A stretch of DNA of 61,194 nucleotides, counting the filler. It is 5 parts of 5 records of this genome, joined end to end, with 100 filler letters (N's around TTAATTAATTAA, not from the genome) between each part and the next. Parts side by side here need not be neighbours in the genome. Positions count along the whole stretch, not along the records: positions 1 to 9,638 come from SRR2962707_2498; positions 9,739 to 27,482 come from SRR2962707_2504; 3 more parts are not named here. One strand, 5' to 3'. Under the pieces are notes generated by a model. It saw only the letters and a program-made list of their open reading frames with translations. It was not told where the DNA came from and searched no databases. The stretch's first letter is position 1. Each line of letters begins with the position of its first letter. Below are positions 1-10,090 of this stretch, in pieces. Both the position numbers and the translations under genes were made by a program.

Positions 1-165
1 GATCGCATCGGCCGGGCATTCCGGTTCGCATACGCCACAATCGATGCATTCATCGGGGTGGATGACCAACATGTTCTCGCCCTCATAGAAACAATCCACG
101 GGGCAAACCTCGACGCAGTCGGTGTATTTGCACGCAATGCAGGCGTCATTAACGATATAGGTCAT
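1..165 (-). CDS. fdxA: 7Fe ferredoxin FdxA, N-terminal 55 codons; 3' end runs off the window
   Basis: Not in the ORF track. Manual translation from ATG at 165 gives [55 protein letters not shown], with the Cys pattern of FdxA-type ferredoxins. Confidence 0.95.
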   Translation of the reverse strand, partial: MTYIVNDACIACKYTDCVEVCPVDCFYEGENMLVIHPDECIDCGVCEPECPADAI

Positions 166-216
166 AGGGTCATCTTTTATAACGGATTTGGCGCATTGCT
201 AAATCAGCACAGCACA

Positions 217-603
217 TCATTCAAGATGGCGCGCCCGAGAAAGATCAAGCACACGCCGATCACGCTTACTGGGGCGCCCTTTTCCCTCAAAAGCTGGATT
301 TTCAGGCGGTTTTTTCTCGGACTTGGGCGCAGGCGGGGACAGATCGGTATAAAGTTCCTGCGCTTCGGGGGCTGGCCCGCGTCTTGTGCCGATCCCGTCG
401 ATCTGAATCACACGAATGTCATCGCCCATCGCAAAGGTCAAAACGTCACCGGGCACGATAATCGTTGCGCGTTTTTGCGCCACACTGCCGTTCACCCGGA
501 CGGCACCCGCTTGCACGCGTGCCGCCGCCAGTGATCGTGTCTTAAAGAACCGCGCATGCCACAGCCATTTATCCAGCCGCAGCTTTGTCGCCGCCTCAGA
601 CAA
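217..603 (-). CDS. hslR: RNA-binding S4 domain protein (Hsp15/HslR family)
   Basis: RLDKWLWHARFFKTRSLA S4 signature, RRGPA motif and GRPSKRDRR tail; TTG start abuts the helicase stop. Confidence 0.9.
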   Translation of the reverse strand: MSEAATKLRLDKWLWHARFFKTRSLAAARVQAGAVRVNGSVAQKRATIIVPGDVLTFAMGDDIRVIQIDGIGTRRGPAPEAQELYTDLSPPAPKSEKKPPENPAFEGKGRPSKRDRRVLDLSRARHLE

Positions 604-3531
604 TTACTTGTTCTTGAGACCCATCAGGGCCGCAGCAAAGGGGTTGTCTGGATCGATAGGCTTTTCTGCCTTTGGTGGACGTGCACTAAAGTTTTGCGAT
701 TTATTGCCACCCTTTTCACCACGTGGGCCACCTTTTTTCCCACGCGGTCCGGGCTTGCCCTTACCTTGGGGACGCTCATTGCCACCACCACGACGCGCGC
801 CTTGATTGGCACGGGGGGCACGCCCCCAAGTAAAGACATAGAACACTTCAGTCTCGGCACCGGCAAGCGATGCATCAGGCGCTGTGCCCAGCGGTGTTTC
901 GCCTTTTGCCGTATCGCCGATGTGGTCAGACACCTCAGTGCTTTCCCCCTCTTCCGAGATCATCGGCGCAATGCCTTCGTCGATCATGCCCGCCGTTTCA
1001 GGCACAATATCAGCTGGTTGCGCAGGTGCCGGATCTGCAACGATCCCACCGGCTGGCTGTTCAGCGGCAATGTCCATGACGGGCTTGTCCGCATTTGCAT
1101 CGGCAGCCGCCGCAAACGGGGAATCGTCATGGGGCATGACCGTATCAACGGGTTTCACCTTGGTACGTTCGGCTTTTTCGGCCTTATAGCCCAAGCCCTC
1201 CATCAGGGCAGCGAACTGCTCAAGCGTCATGCCCGTGATCGACAACATGTCTGGCTTGGCCTCGAACCCGCCGCGCGAATCCTCTGACCGCAGCATGTCT
1301 GCCAAGCGTTCCAACATATCGATGCGGATCGCGCGCGTACCGGCATTGCGGTATCCCGACATGGTATCCGAACCCGCAGGGGCACCGGCATCAACGGGGA
1401 TCGTCACCAAACCGGGCGGGGGCGATTCCGGAAATTCCTGCAAGCCTTTCGTCAGCGACCACAGCACCAAACGCAGACGTGTCGGCGCGGGCTTCAGCAA
1501 TGCTTGCATGAAGATCGTGAACTGGCCAAAGCGAATACCGTGCTTGCGCAGGGCACCGCGTGCCTCTTGATCCAGCGCCTTCACATCGTCGGCGATGTCG
1601 GCACGTGGGATAATGCCCAGATTTTCAACCATGCGGAACGCAAACCCACGGGCAAGACCGGTCAGGGCCTCATCCTTGGACAAGGCAACAAGAGGTTCGA
1701 ACAATGCCGCGATCTTGCGATCAATAAAGTGCTGCAAACGCCGCTGCACCTTTTGCGCGACCTCGGGGCCGGCAACATCGTCAACGAAAACCTCGATACC
1801 GGGTTTCAGCGCGTCAGGGCCAGCAACCAGCTTGCCCACAGCCGCGCTGCCCCACATCAGGCCGCCCTGCTCTGTAAAATCAATCTCGGTATCGGGCGCA
1901 TTATAAAAACGGTCTGCACGCAAATGGAATTGCGGGGCCAAAGCCTGCAATGACGCGGTCTTGATCGTTTTGTCTTCTGCGACGCCAGCGCCTTTGTCTT
2001 GCCGAAAGCGGAACCCGTCCAACTTGCCTACAAATTCGCCTTCAACGGTTACTTCACCGGTCTCGTTTACTTCGGCCACCATGGCTTCCTTCTGTCCTAG
2101 TCGGCGCAAAAGCACGGATGTGCGCCGATCTACAAATCTTTGGGTCAAACGCTCGTGCAGCGCGTCCGACAGTCTGTCTTCTACGACACGCGCTTCGTCT
2201 CGCCAATGGTTTTCGTCACCCGTCCACCCTTTGCGTTGGGTGACATAAGTCCACGTGCGGATAAATGCCAGTCGCTTGGATAACGCATCAATGTCGCCAT
2301 CGGTTCGATCAATGCGCTGTATTTGTCGCGCAATCCAGTCATCCGGGATAGATCCACGCTGATGAAGGTAGTTGAAAATCACCTCAAGCAGGCTCGCGTG
2401 CTCTGCATGGCTTATACCACGAAAGTCGGGAATACGGCAAACATCCCACAACAGTTTGACCGACGGCCCGTCCGTGCAGCGCGCCATGATCTCGGCATCC
2501 TCGCCCAGAGTTTTCAGCGCGCGCAGATCGTCAGCCTCGCGGGCTTTGAACAGGCGTTCGTGATCCGGGGCCATCTCAAGCGTCTTGATCAGCCGGTCAA
2601 TCGACCCGAACTGAAGCGACGGGTTGCGCCAGTTGATCTTGTTCTGCGGGGTAAAGTTGTGGTCCATGATGGCACGGGCTACGCCATCCTCCAACGGGGG
2701 CGCATCACCGGTCACGCCGAATGTGCCGCTTTTGAACCCGCGCCCTGCCCGCCCGGCGATCTGGGCCAATTCGTTCGGGGCCAGCGGACGCATGCGGCGA
2801 CCGTCAAATTTGCTGAGCGCTGAAAACGCGACGTGATCCACATCAAGGTTCAGACCCATCCCGATGGCATCTGTGGCGACCAGATAATCGACCTCGCCGT
2901 TTTGATACATCTCGACCTGAGCATTGCGCGTGCGGGGCGAAAGCGCACCCATAACGACCGCTGCACCGCCCTTTTGGCGACGGATCAGCTCGGCTATCGC
3001 ATATACATTCTCAACCGAAAACCCGACGATTGCGCTGCGTGGACGCATCCTACTTATCTTTTTCTGACCAACATAGGTCAATTCGGACATTCTCTCGCGT
3101 TTGATGAATTGGGCCTTTGGCACCAATGCTGCGATCGTCCCGCGCATGGTGTCCGACCCCATAAACAGCGTCTCGTGCAGGCCCCGTGCCCTCAGCAGGC
3201 GGTCGGTAAAGACATGCCCCCGTTCCGGATCGGCACATAGTTGGATTTCATCCACCGCGACCAGATCCGCGCCCATGCCTTCGGGCATCGCCTCGACCGT
3301 GCAGACCCAATACTGCGTGCGCGGCGGTACAATCCGTTCCTCGCCCGTGACCAAAGCCACCACAGACGGGCCACGCAGCGCGACAATCCGGTCATACACC
3401 TCGCGGGCAAGCAGCCGCAGGGGCAAACCGATCACCCCGGTGCGATGCGCAAGCATCCGTTCAATGGCATATGTTGTTTTGCCCGTGTTGGTCGGGCCCA
3501 AAACGGCCACGACCCTACTGTCGCCTGTCAC
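604..3531 (-). CDS. Suv3-like SF2 helicase (alphaproteobacterial MgpS-type)
   Basis: GPTNTGKT Walker A, DEIQ, ATDAIGMGLN and QIAGRAGR motifs; acidic low-complexity region, basic tail and DPDNPFAAAL end. Confidence 0.88.
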   Translation of the reverse strand: MTGDSRVVAVLGPTNTGKTTYAIERMLAHRTGVIGLPLRLLAREVYDRIVALRGPSVVALVTGEERIVPPRTQYWVCTVEAMPEGMGADLVAVDEIQLCADPERGHVFTDRLLRARGLHETLFMGSDTMRGTIAALVPKAQFIKRERMSELTYVGQKKISRMRPRSAIVGFSVENVYAIAELIRRQKGGAAVVMGALSPRTRNAQVEMYQNGEVDYLVATDAIGMGLNLDVDHVAFSALSKFDGRRMRPLAPNELAQIAGRAGRGFKSGTFGVTGDAPPLEDGVARAIMDHNFTPQNKINWRNPSLQFGSIDRLIKTLEMAPDHERLFKAREADDLRALKTLGEDAEIMARCTDGPSVKLLWDVCRIPDFRGISHAEHASLLEVIFNYLHQRGSIPDDWIARQIQRIDRTDGDIDALSKRLAFIRTWTYVTQRKGWTGDENHWRDEARVVEDRLSDALHERLTQRFVDRRTSVLLRRLGQKEAMVAEVNETGEVTVEGEFVGKLDGFRFRQDKGAGVAEDKTIKTASLQALAPQFHLRADRFYNAPDTEIDFTEQGGLMWGSAAVGKLVAGPDALKPGIEVFVDDVAGPEVAQKVQRRLQHFIDRKIAALFEPLVALSKDEALTGLARGFAFRMVENLGIIPRADIADDVKALDQEARGALRKHGIRFGQFTIFMQALLKPAPTRLRLVLWSLTKGLQEFPESPPPGLVTIPVDAGAPAGSDTMSGYRNAGTRAIRIDMLERLADMLRSEDSRGGFEAKPDMLSITGMTLEQFAALMEGLGYKAEKAERTKVKPVDTVMPHDDSPFAAAADANADKPVMDIAAEQPAGGIVADPAPAQPADIVPETAGMIDEGIAPMISEEGESTEVSDHIGDTAKGETPLGTAPDASLAGAETEVFYVFTWGRAPRANQGARRGGGNERPQGKGKPGPRGKKGGPRGEKGGNKSQNFSARPPKAEKPIDPDNPFAAALMGLKNK

Positions 3532-3549
3532 CAGAATATTCCCGACGTA

Positions 3550-4116
3550 TTAAAGTGTGCGCCCGATGCCGTCGCGCCGAAGCCCGTCCAGCGCCTTTTG
3601 CGCGTTTTCATGGTGAGGGTTAATTGTTAAAACCCGGCGATACAATTGCGCGGCCGCGCGCAGGTTTCCAAACTCTTGCAAGATCGCGCCCAACCCGAAA
3701 ATCGCATCATATTGCAACGGGTTAAACGCTAAAGTTGATTCCAGATCGTCAATCGCAGGACCATAAAGATCAGCGTGAAAATAGGCCTGAGCGCGCAGAT
3801 GATAGCCTTCGGCAAACTCTGGCGCATGGTCGGTCAACGCGGTGAAATGTTCAATCGCCAGCTTCGTGTCCCCGGCGCGCATGGCGTCACTCCCCCGCTT
3901 GAGCAGCAGGTCAATTGTGGCAGATCCGGACCGCGCCCAAGCGGCCTGAACGTCGCGCTCGATTCGCGCGGCGTCTTCTGCGGGCGCATTGCGCAGTTTT
4001 TCCAGCAATTCATCCGCTTGTGGCAGGGCAGATTGCGCAAAACACGGACCTGCAAGCAACACCAACAAACCAAGTGCCGCTACGGTATGTTTGAGGTTGA
4101 CGATGTGATTGACCAT
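3550..4116 (-). CDS. Exported tetratricopeptide-repeat protein
   Basis: Signal-like hydrophobic stretch followed by TPR repeats (APEFAEGYHLRAQAYF..., NPLQYDAIFGLGAIL...). Start placed at ATG 4116; the ORF track extends to 4170. Confidence 0.8.
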   Translation of the reverse strand: MVNHIVNLKHTVAALGLLVLLAGPCFAQSALPQADELLEKLRNAPAEDAARIERDVQAAWARSGSATIDLLLKRGSDAMRAGDTKLAIEHFTALTDHAPEFAEGYHLRAQAYFHADLYGPAIDDLESTLAFNPLQYDAIFGLGAILQEFGNLRAAAQLYRRVLTINPHHENAQKALDGLRRDGIGRTL

Positions 4117-4190
4117 AACAATGCTGAATGTAACAGGCTGCCGCCACTTTTCCAGACGTGACGGCTCCATTTGCCAAAAAAGGGCCCACT

Positions 4191-4481
4191 ATGAGCGATA
4201 TTGTGAACGAAGCCGTAACTGTACTGAATGAAAAGCTGGCAGGCGCTGACTTTGACGGGACAGCGAAATTCGACATCGAAGGCGAAGGCTGTGTGATGAT
4301 GGATGAAACCGGCGCGCGTGCGGCTGATGAAACCGCTGACGTTACCCTGTCTGCTGATGCAGAAACATTTCAGGCAATCCTGTCCGGCGAAACGAACCCC
4401 ACCGGCGCATTCATGAGCGGCAAGCTCAAGATCGACGGCGACATGGGAATGGCCATGAAACTGGCATCCGTACTGGCCTAA
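4191..4481 (+). CDS. SCP2 sterol-carrier/lipid-binding domain protein
   Basis: ADVTL...NPTGAFMSGKLKIDGDMGMAMKL SCP2 signature; ATG at 4191. Confidence 0.9.
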   Translation: MSDIVNEAVTVLNEKLAGADFDGTAKFDIEGEGCVMMDETGARAADETADVTLSADAETFQAILSGETNPTGAFMSGKLKIDGDMGMAMKLASVLA

Positions 4482-5428
4482 TGAAACTGCCCCCCGCACC
4501 CCTGTTCACCGACGTCTATCCCGGGCCAGACACTGGTGTGGCCCACTGGGTCGACACGTCTGACGGCAAACGGGTGCGGATCGCGCATTGGCCGGTCGAG
4601 GGGGCAAGAGGCACCGTTCTCTTGTTCCCCGGCCGGACCGAATACGTTGAAAAATATGGGGTAACTGCCGCGGAATTCGCCAAACGCGGGTTGGCAGTTA
4701 TCACGATTGACTGGCGCGGTCAGGGATTGGCAGATCGCATGCTACCGGATCGGCGCATCGGATATGTTGACGTATTTTCCGACTACCAAAAGGACGTGGC
4801 CGCCCTGATGCGCGCAGCGCGTGGCCTGCAACTGCCGCGTCCCTTCTTTTTGTTGGCCCATTCGATGGGCGGCTGCATCGGCCTGCGCGCTGTAATGGAA
4901 GGGCTGTCGGTGCAAGCCGCTGCCTTTACCGCCCCCATGTGGGGCATTCGGCTTGCCCCGCATTTGCGCCCGATCGCGACTGCTTTGTCGCATCTGATGC
5001 CACAAATCGGCCAAGGCTATCGCCTGCCATTTGGAACCAAGCCCGAGCCTTACATCGACACCGCCCCGTTTGACGACAATATGCTCACCACTGACGAATC
5101 CATGTACGATATGATGCGCGACCAACTCGCAGCTCACCCGGACTTGTCTTTGGGCGGCCCCAGCTATGTCTGGCTGCGCGAGGCGCTGTCTGAAACCAAG
5201 CATCTATCGCTTCGTGCTGCCCCCAGCCTGCCATGTATTACGTTCCTTGGATCAAACGAGCGGATCGTCCATGTCGGGCGGATCAAGGATCGCATGGAAA
5301 ACTGGAAAAATGGGCAGCTGCAAATGGTCCAAGGGGCCGAGCATGAGATTTTGATGGAAACGCCCGTACTTCGTGATGCGGCCATAGATGACATCGCGCG
5401 ACTTTTCCTTGGGAATGCAAAAGATTAA
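4481..5428 (+). CDS. Alpha/beta hydrolase, lysophospholipase L2 (PldB)-like
   Basis: PGRTEYVEKY, DWRGQG, AHSMGG nucleophile elbow and HEILME; TAATG overlap with SCP2. Confidence 0.85.
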   Translation: MKLPPAPLFTDVYPGPDTGVAHWVDTSDGKRVRIAHWPVEGARGTVLLFPGRTEYVEKYGVTAAEFAKRGLAVITIDWRGQGLADRMLPDRRIGYVDVFSDYQKDVAALMRAARGLQLPRPFFLLAHSMGGCIGLRAVMEGLSVQAAAFTAPMWGIRLAPHLRPIATALSHLMPQIGQGYRLPFGTKPEPYIDTAPFDDNMLTTDESMYDMMRDQLAAHPDLSLGGPSYVWLREALSETKHLSLRAAPSLPCITFLGSNERIVHVGRIKDRMENWKNGQLQMVQGAEHEILMETPVLRDAAIDDIARLFLGNAKD

Positions 5429-5550
5429 AATTCATGTGTTACATGATCTACGCGCCCTATTCGTTTGATCTGTAACGGATTTACAAATCTGATAATCAAT
5501 TCACATTTCTGCCCCCTGTTCAAAAGCCAAGACGCCGCTATCTGTCTTGC

Positions 5551-6564
5551 ATGAGCAAAAAACCGGTTCTTAGCTTTACCGAAAATGGCATCTACTGCGC
5601 GGCGGGGGATTTTTACATTGATCCGTGGCGGCCAGTGGACCGTGCGTTGATCACGCATGGGCATTCAGATCATGCGCGGTGGGGCATGGGCCGCTATCTG
5701 TCCACCCATGCCGCCCTGCCCGTCATGCGCCACCGTCTGGGCGACATCACAGCCGAGGGTATCGCCTACGGCGAAGTCCGAAGGATCGGGGATGCCAATG
5801 TATCCTTTCATCCTGCCGGTCACGTGCCCGGCTCTGCCCAGATACGGGTCGAAGTAGACGGCGAAATCTGGGTCGCCTCCGGCGATTATAAAGTGATCGA
5901 TGATGGGCTGTCCGAGGCCTTTACCCCCATAAAGTGTCATCATTTCATCACCGAAAGCACCTTTGGCCTGCCGGTATTCCATTGGGCGGACCAAGCCAGC
6001 GTCGCTGCCGAGATCAACAATTGGTGGGCGGGTTGCGCAGCGACCGGTAAAACCGCGTTTTTGGGGGCATATGCCTTGGGCAAGGCACAGCGGCTGCTGA
6101 CCATGCTGGACCCGAACATTGGCCCGATCCTGACCCACACCGCGACGGAAAACACCAATCAGGTGATGCGGGACCAAGGGATCAGCCTGCCCGATACGAT
6201 CCTTGCCAATGCAGACCTGCGGCCCAAGGACCACCCAGGCGCTATTGTACTGGCCCCGCCATCCGCGTTGGGCAGCGCATGGTCCAAGAAGTTTGGCCCG
6301 CAGGAAACCGCATTTGCCAGCGGCTGGATGGCCATTCGCGGCGTCCGGCGGCGGCGTGCGGGGGATCGGGGGTTCGTCATTTCGGATCATGCAGATTGGG
6401 ATGGATTGCTGTCAGCCATCAAACAGACGGAAGCCGAAAACATATACGTCACGCATGGTTACACGGACATCTTCAGCCGATACTTGAATATTAACGGTTG
6501 GAATGCGCAGGTGGTGCCGACGCAGTTCGAAGGGGAAAGCCTGGACAAGGACGCCACAGAATGA
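5551..6564 (+). CDS. Ligase-associated DNA damage response exonuclease (metallo-beta-lactamase/beta-CASP-like)
   Basis: ITHGHSDH, AGHVPGSAQ, ITESTFGLP, YALGKAQR and SDHADW motifs; ATGA overlap with the ligase. Confidence 0.9.
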   Translation: MSKKPVLSFTENGIYCAAGDFYIDPWRPVDRALITHGHSDHARWGMGRYLSTHAALPVMRHRLGDITAEGIAYGEVRRIGDANVSFHPAGHVPGSAQIRVEVDGEIWVASGDYKVIDDGLSEAFTPIKCHHFITESTFGLPVFHWADQASVAAEINNWWAGCAATGKTAFLGAYALGKAQRLLTMLDPNIGPILTHTATENTNQVMRDQGISLPDTILANADLRPKDHPGAIVLAPPSALGSAWSKKFGPQETAFASGWMAIRGVRRRRAGDRGFVISDHADWDGLLSAIKQTEAENIYVTHGYTDIFSRYLNINGWNAQVVPTQFEGESLDKDATE

Positions 6565-8159
6565 AGCGCTTTGCCCAGCTGTTCAACACTATCGATCAAA
6601 GCACCAAGACCAACGCCAAGGTCGCGGCACTTGCTGCGTATTTCCAGCACGCACCAGATACAGATCGCCTGTGGACCATCGCGTTGTTCTCTGGCCGCCG
6701 ACCAAAGCGCGCCGTGACAACAACCAAGCTGCGCGAGTGGGCGGCAGAGCGGGCGGACATCCCGCTGTGGCTGTTCGAGGAAAGTTATTCAATCGTCGGT
6801 GATTTGGCGGAAACCATCGCGCTCGTCCTGCCACCGAACACCGGCCAAGACACGCGCACCCTGTCGGAATGGATCGCCGCCCTGCGCGACGTCTATACCC
6901 AAGACGAAGACGCGCGCAAAGCATTCGTGCTGTCCGCGTGGGACCAGCTTGGCGGGACAGAGCGGTTTATCTTTAACAAATTGATTACAGGCGGTTTTCG
7001 GGTTGGTATCAGTCAGAAACTGATGACCCGCGCACTGGCCCGCGCCACCGAAAAGCCCGAGGCCGAACTGGCCCACCGATTGATGGGGAACTGGCACCCT
7101 GACGACACGACATGGCACGCTCTGGTCATCGCAGAAGATGCCTCTGCCGACGCCTCACGCCCCTATCCGTTTTATCTGGCTTACGGGCTTGAGGACACGC
7201 CGCATGCCCTTGGCGATACGTTAGATTGGCGCGCCGAGTGGAAATGGGACGGCATCCGTGGCCAGTTGATCCTGCGCGATGGGCAGTATTTCGTGTGGTC
7301 CCGTGGCGAAGAATTGATGACCGACCGCTTTCCAGAGCTGGCCCGCGCGGTGGATTACCTACCTGATGGCACCGTGTTGGATGGTGAATTGTTGGTCTGG
7401 CCTGCGGGTCAACCGACCCCGTCATCGTTCAACGCCCTTCAATCGCGCATTGGCCGCAAAACCGTGCCGAAAAAGCTGCTGACCGAGGCCCCAGTGGTGC
7501 TGCACGCCTATGATCTGCTGGAATGGCAGGGTCAGGACATGCGCGACACGCCTTTTGCAGACCGGCGGGCCCTGTTGGAAAGCGCCTGCGCAAACCTGCC
7601 CCCCGAGGCCCCCGTGCGCCTGTCACCACAGCTGCATTTCACGACTTGGGATGATCTGGCCGCGATCCGTGCCGACGCCCGCGCGGCCCAAGCCGAAGGG
7701 CTGATGCTAAAGCGTGCCGACAGCCCCTATTTAGCCGGGCGGAAAAAGGGCGATTGGTGGAAATGGAAACTGGACCCGCTGACGATTGATGCGGTGATGA
7801 TCTATGCCCAATCGGGGTCTGGCCGCCGCGCCAATTTGTTTACAGATTTCACGTTTGCCGTCTGGAACGGCAACGATCTGGTCCCCTTTACCAAGGCTTA
7901 TAGCGGGCTGACCGACGCCGAATTCCGCCAAATTACCGCATGGGTGCGGAAAAACACCCTGGAACGGTTCGGCCCCGTGCGCAAAGTTACCCCCCATCAC
8001 GTGTTTGAAATCGCGTTCGAAGGCATCCAGCGCAGCCCGCGCCATAAATCCGGCGTCGCCCTGCGGTTTCCAAGAATGCTGCGCTGGCGGCAGGATAAAC
8101 CCCTGCAAGAAGCCAACACATTAGCCGACCTAGAAGAGTTATTGCGCATTTACGGCTAA
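6561..8159 (+). CDS. ATP-dependent DNA ligase (ligase-associated DNA damage response family)
   Basis: EWKWDGIRGQ adenylation motif (KxDG), LDGE, EGLMLK, WWKWK and LRFPR; ATG at 6561. Confidence 0.93.
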   Translation: MKRFAQLFNTIDQSTKTNAKVAALAAYFQHAPDTDRLWTIALFSGRRPKRAVTTTKLREWAAERADIPLWLFEESYSIVGDLAETIALVLPPNTGQDTRTLSEWIAALRDVYTQDEDARKAFVLSAWDQLGGTERFIFNKLITGGFRVGISQKLMTRALARATEKPEAELAHRLMGNWHPDDTTWHALVIAEDASADASRPYPFYLAYGLEDTPHALGDTLDWRAEWKWDGIRGQLILRDGQYFVWSRGEELMTDRFPELARAVDYLPDGTVLDGELLVWPAGQPTPSSFNALQSRIGRKTVPKKLLTEAPVVLHAYDLLEWQGQDMRDTPFADRRALLESACANLPPEAPVRLSPQLHFTTWDDLAAIRADARAAQAEGLMLKRADSPYLAGRKKGDWWKWKLDPLTIDAVMIYAQSGSGRRANLFTDFTFAVWNGNDLVPFTKAYSGLTDAEFRQITAWVRKNTLERFGPVRKVTPHHVFEIAFEGIQRSPRHKSGVALRFPRMLRWRQDKPLQEANTLADLEELLRIYG

Positions 8160-8231
8160 TCGCTGGCCTGCCCCGCTTGCTTTGAAGCGGTGGCGCGCAT
8201 AGGTACTTTACACGTCAAAAAGAGGTATATG

Positions 8232-9638
8232 ATGTTCCAACTGCCCTACCCCGTCCGTGATGCAAATGCTGGTGCTGGCATCTCTCCTTTCGGGAACCTG
8301 CCCGAATGGAACCTTGATGATCTGTATACCGGTGAAAACGCCCCCGAGCTTAAGCGCGATCTGGACTGGCTGGAAGAAGCCTGCCGCAGCTTTGCCGCCG
8401 ATTATGAAGGTAAACTGGCAGACCTGGACGCTGCAGGTTTTCTGGACTGCGTGCTGCGCAATGAAAAAATCACCCAGATTGCCGGGCGCATCATGTCCTT
8501 TGCGGGCCTGCGCTATTACCAACTGACCACCGATGCGGGCCGGGCCAAATTCATGTCCGACATGCAGGAAAGCATAACGAATTTCACCACACCGCTGGTA
8601 TTTTTCACGCTGGAACTGAACCGCCTTGGAGACGACCACCTGAGCAAGCTTTTGGCGCAGAACGCTGATCTTGCACGCTATAAACCGGTATTTGACCGTA
8701 TCCGTGCGATGAAAGATCACCAGCTTAGCGACGAGTTGGAAAAATTCCTGCATGATCTGGGGGTCGTCGGCGACGCATGGGAACGCCTGTTTGACGAAAC
8801 CATCGCGGGTCTGGAATTCGAGGTCGACGGAGAGCCGCTGAACATCGAAGGGGTGCTGAACCTGCTGACCGATCCCGGCCGCGAGATTCGCGAAGCCGCC
8901 GCCCGCGAGCTGGCCGATGTATTTCAAAGCAATATCAAAACCTTTGCACGGGTTCACAACACCCAAGCCAAGGAAAAAGAGGTTATCGACCGCTGGCGCG
9001 GTATGCCGACGCCGCAAACGGGCCGCCATCTGAGCAACGATGTCGAACCCGAAGTCGTCGAGGCCCTGCGAAACGCCGTCGTCAACGCCTATCCCAAGCT
9101 GAGCCACCGGTATTACGAGCTGAAGCGTAAATGGCTGGGGCTGGACGTCATGCAGATCTGGGACCGCAACGCGCCACTGCCCATGGAAGACCCCAAAATC
9201 GTTGATTGGGACCGCGCGCAAAGCATGGTGATGGATGCCTATAACGCATTTGATCCCCGCATGGGCGAAATCGCGGCACCGTTCTTTACCGATGGATGGA
9301 TCGATGCGGGCGTGAAACCGGGCAAAGCGCCGGGTGCCTTTGCCCACCCGACCGTGACCAATGTGCACCCCTATGTGATGCTGAACTATCTTGGCAAACC
9401 GCGCGATGTGATGACGCTGGCACACGAGCTGGGCCACGGCGTGCATCAGGTTCTGGCTGCCGGTCAGGGCGAAATGCTGTCCTCTACGCCGTTGACCCTG
9501 GCGGAAACGGCATCGGTGTTTGGCGAAATGCTGACCTTCCGCAAGATGCTGGACAATGCCAAAACCAAAACCGAGCGCAAAGTTTTGCTGGCGGGCAAGG
9601 TCGAGGACATGATCAACACGGTCGTCCGCCAGATCGCG
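8232..9638 (+). CDS. pepF: M3 family oligoendopeptidase F, 3'-truncated at contig end
   Basis: LPEWNLDDLY N-terminus, GKAPGAF, TLAHELGH (HExxH) and AETASVFGE; GAGG RBS before ATG 8229/8232. Confidence 0.9.
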
Positions 9639-9738
9639 NNNNNNNNNNNNNNNNNNNNNNNNNNNNNNNNNNNNNNNNNNNNTTAATTAATTAANNNNNN
9701 NNNNNNNNNNNNNNNNNNNNNNNNNNNNNNNNNNNNNN
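9639..9738. other. Artificial contig spacer (44 N + TTAATTAATTAA + 44 N)
   Basis: Exactly 100 nt, with a 12-mer that puts stops in all six frames; genes on both sides are truncated. Confidence 0.99.
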
Positions 9739-9739
9739 C

Positions 9740-10090
9740 GCGCCCGGCATTTATTCCGCGCGCTGGGCGGGGCCGAACAAGGATTTCGCCTTCGCGATGG
9801 AGAAGCTTCGCCGCGGCATGCTCGAAGCGGGCCTCAGCGACACCAGCGCTTTCTTCATCTGCGGCCTCGCGCTCGCCTGGCCGGACGGTCACACGGAGTA
9901 TTTCGAGGGCAGGGTGGACGGCGAACTCACCTGGCCGCCCCGCGGTGACAAGGGCTTCGGCTACGATCCCCTCTTTATTCCGCAAGGGTACGAAACGACC
10001 TTCGGCGAAATGGAGCCGCAGGCCAAACACGACATGTCGCATCGTGCCCATGCCTTCCGGCAGCTTGTCGATGCTTGCTTCGCCAGATAG
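9740..10090 (+). CDS. rdgB: RdgB/HAM1 non-canonical purine NTP pyrophosphatase, 5'-truncated
   Basis: In-frame [11 protein letters not shown] from 9740, then GFGYDPLF and SHR; directly upstream of hemW. Confidence 0.93.
   Translation, partial: APGIYSARWAGPNKDFAFAMEKLRRGMLEAGLSDTSAFFICGLALAWPDGHTEYFEGRVDGELTWPPRGDKGFGYDPLFIPQGYETTFGEMEPQAKHDMSHRAHAFRQLVDACFAR

Noticed and set aside
5490..5505. Fur-like TGATAATCAATTCAC before the exonuclease
   Set aside because: Only one half-site matches, with no dyad symmetry.
9683..9694. TTAATTAATTAA repeated four times as a biological repeat or CtrA site
   Set aside because: It is always centred in exactly 44+44 N, so it is an assembly linker with six-frame stops.
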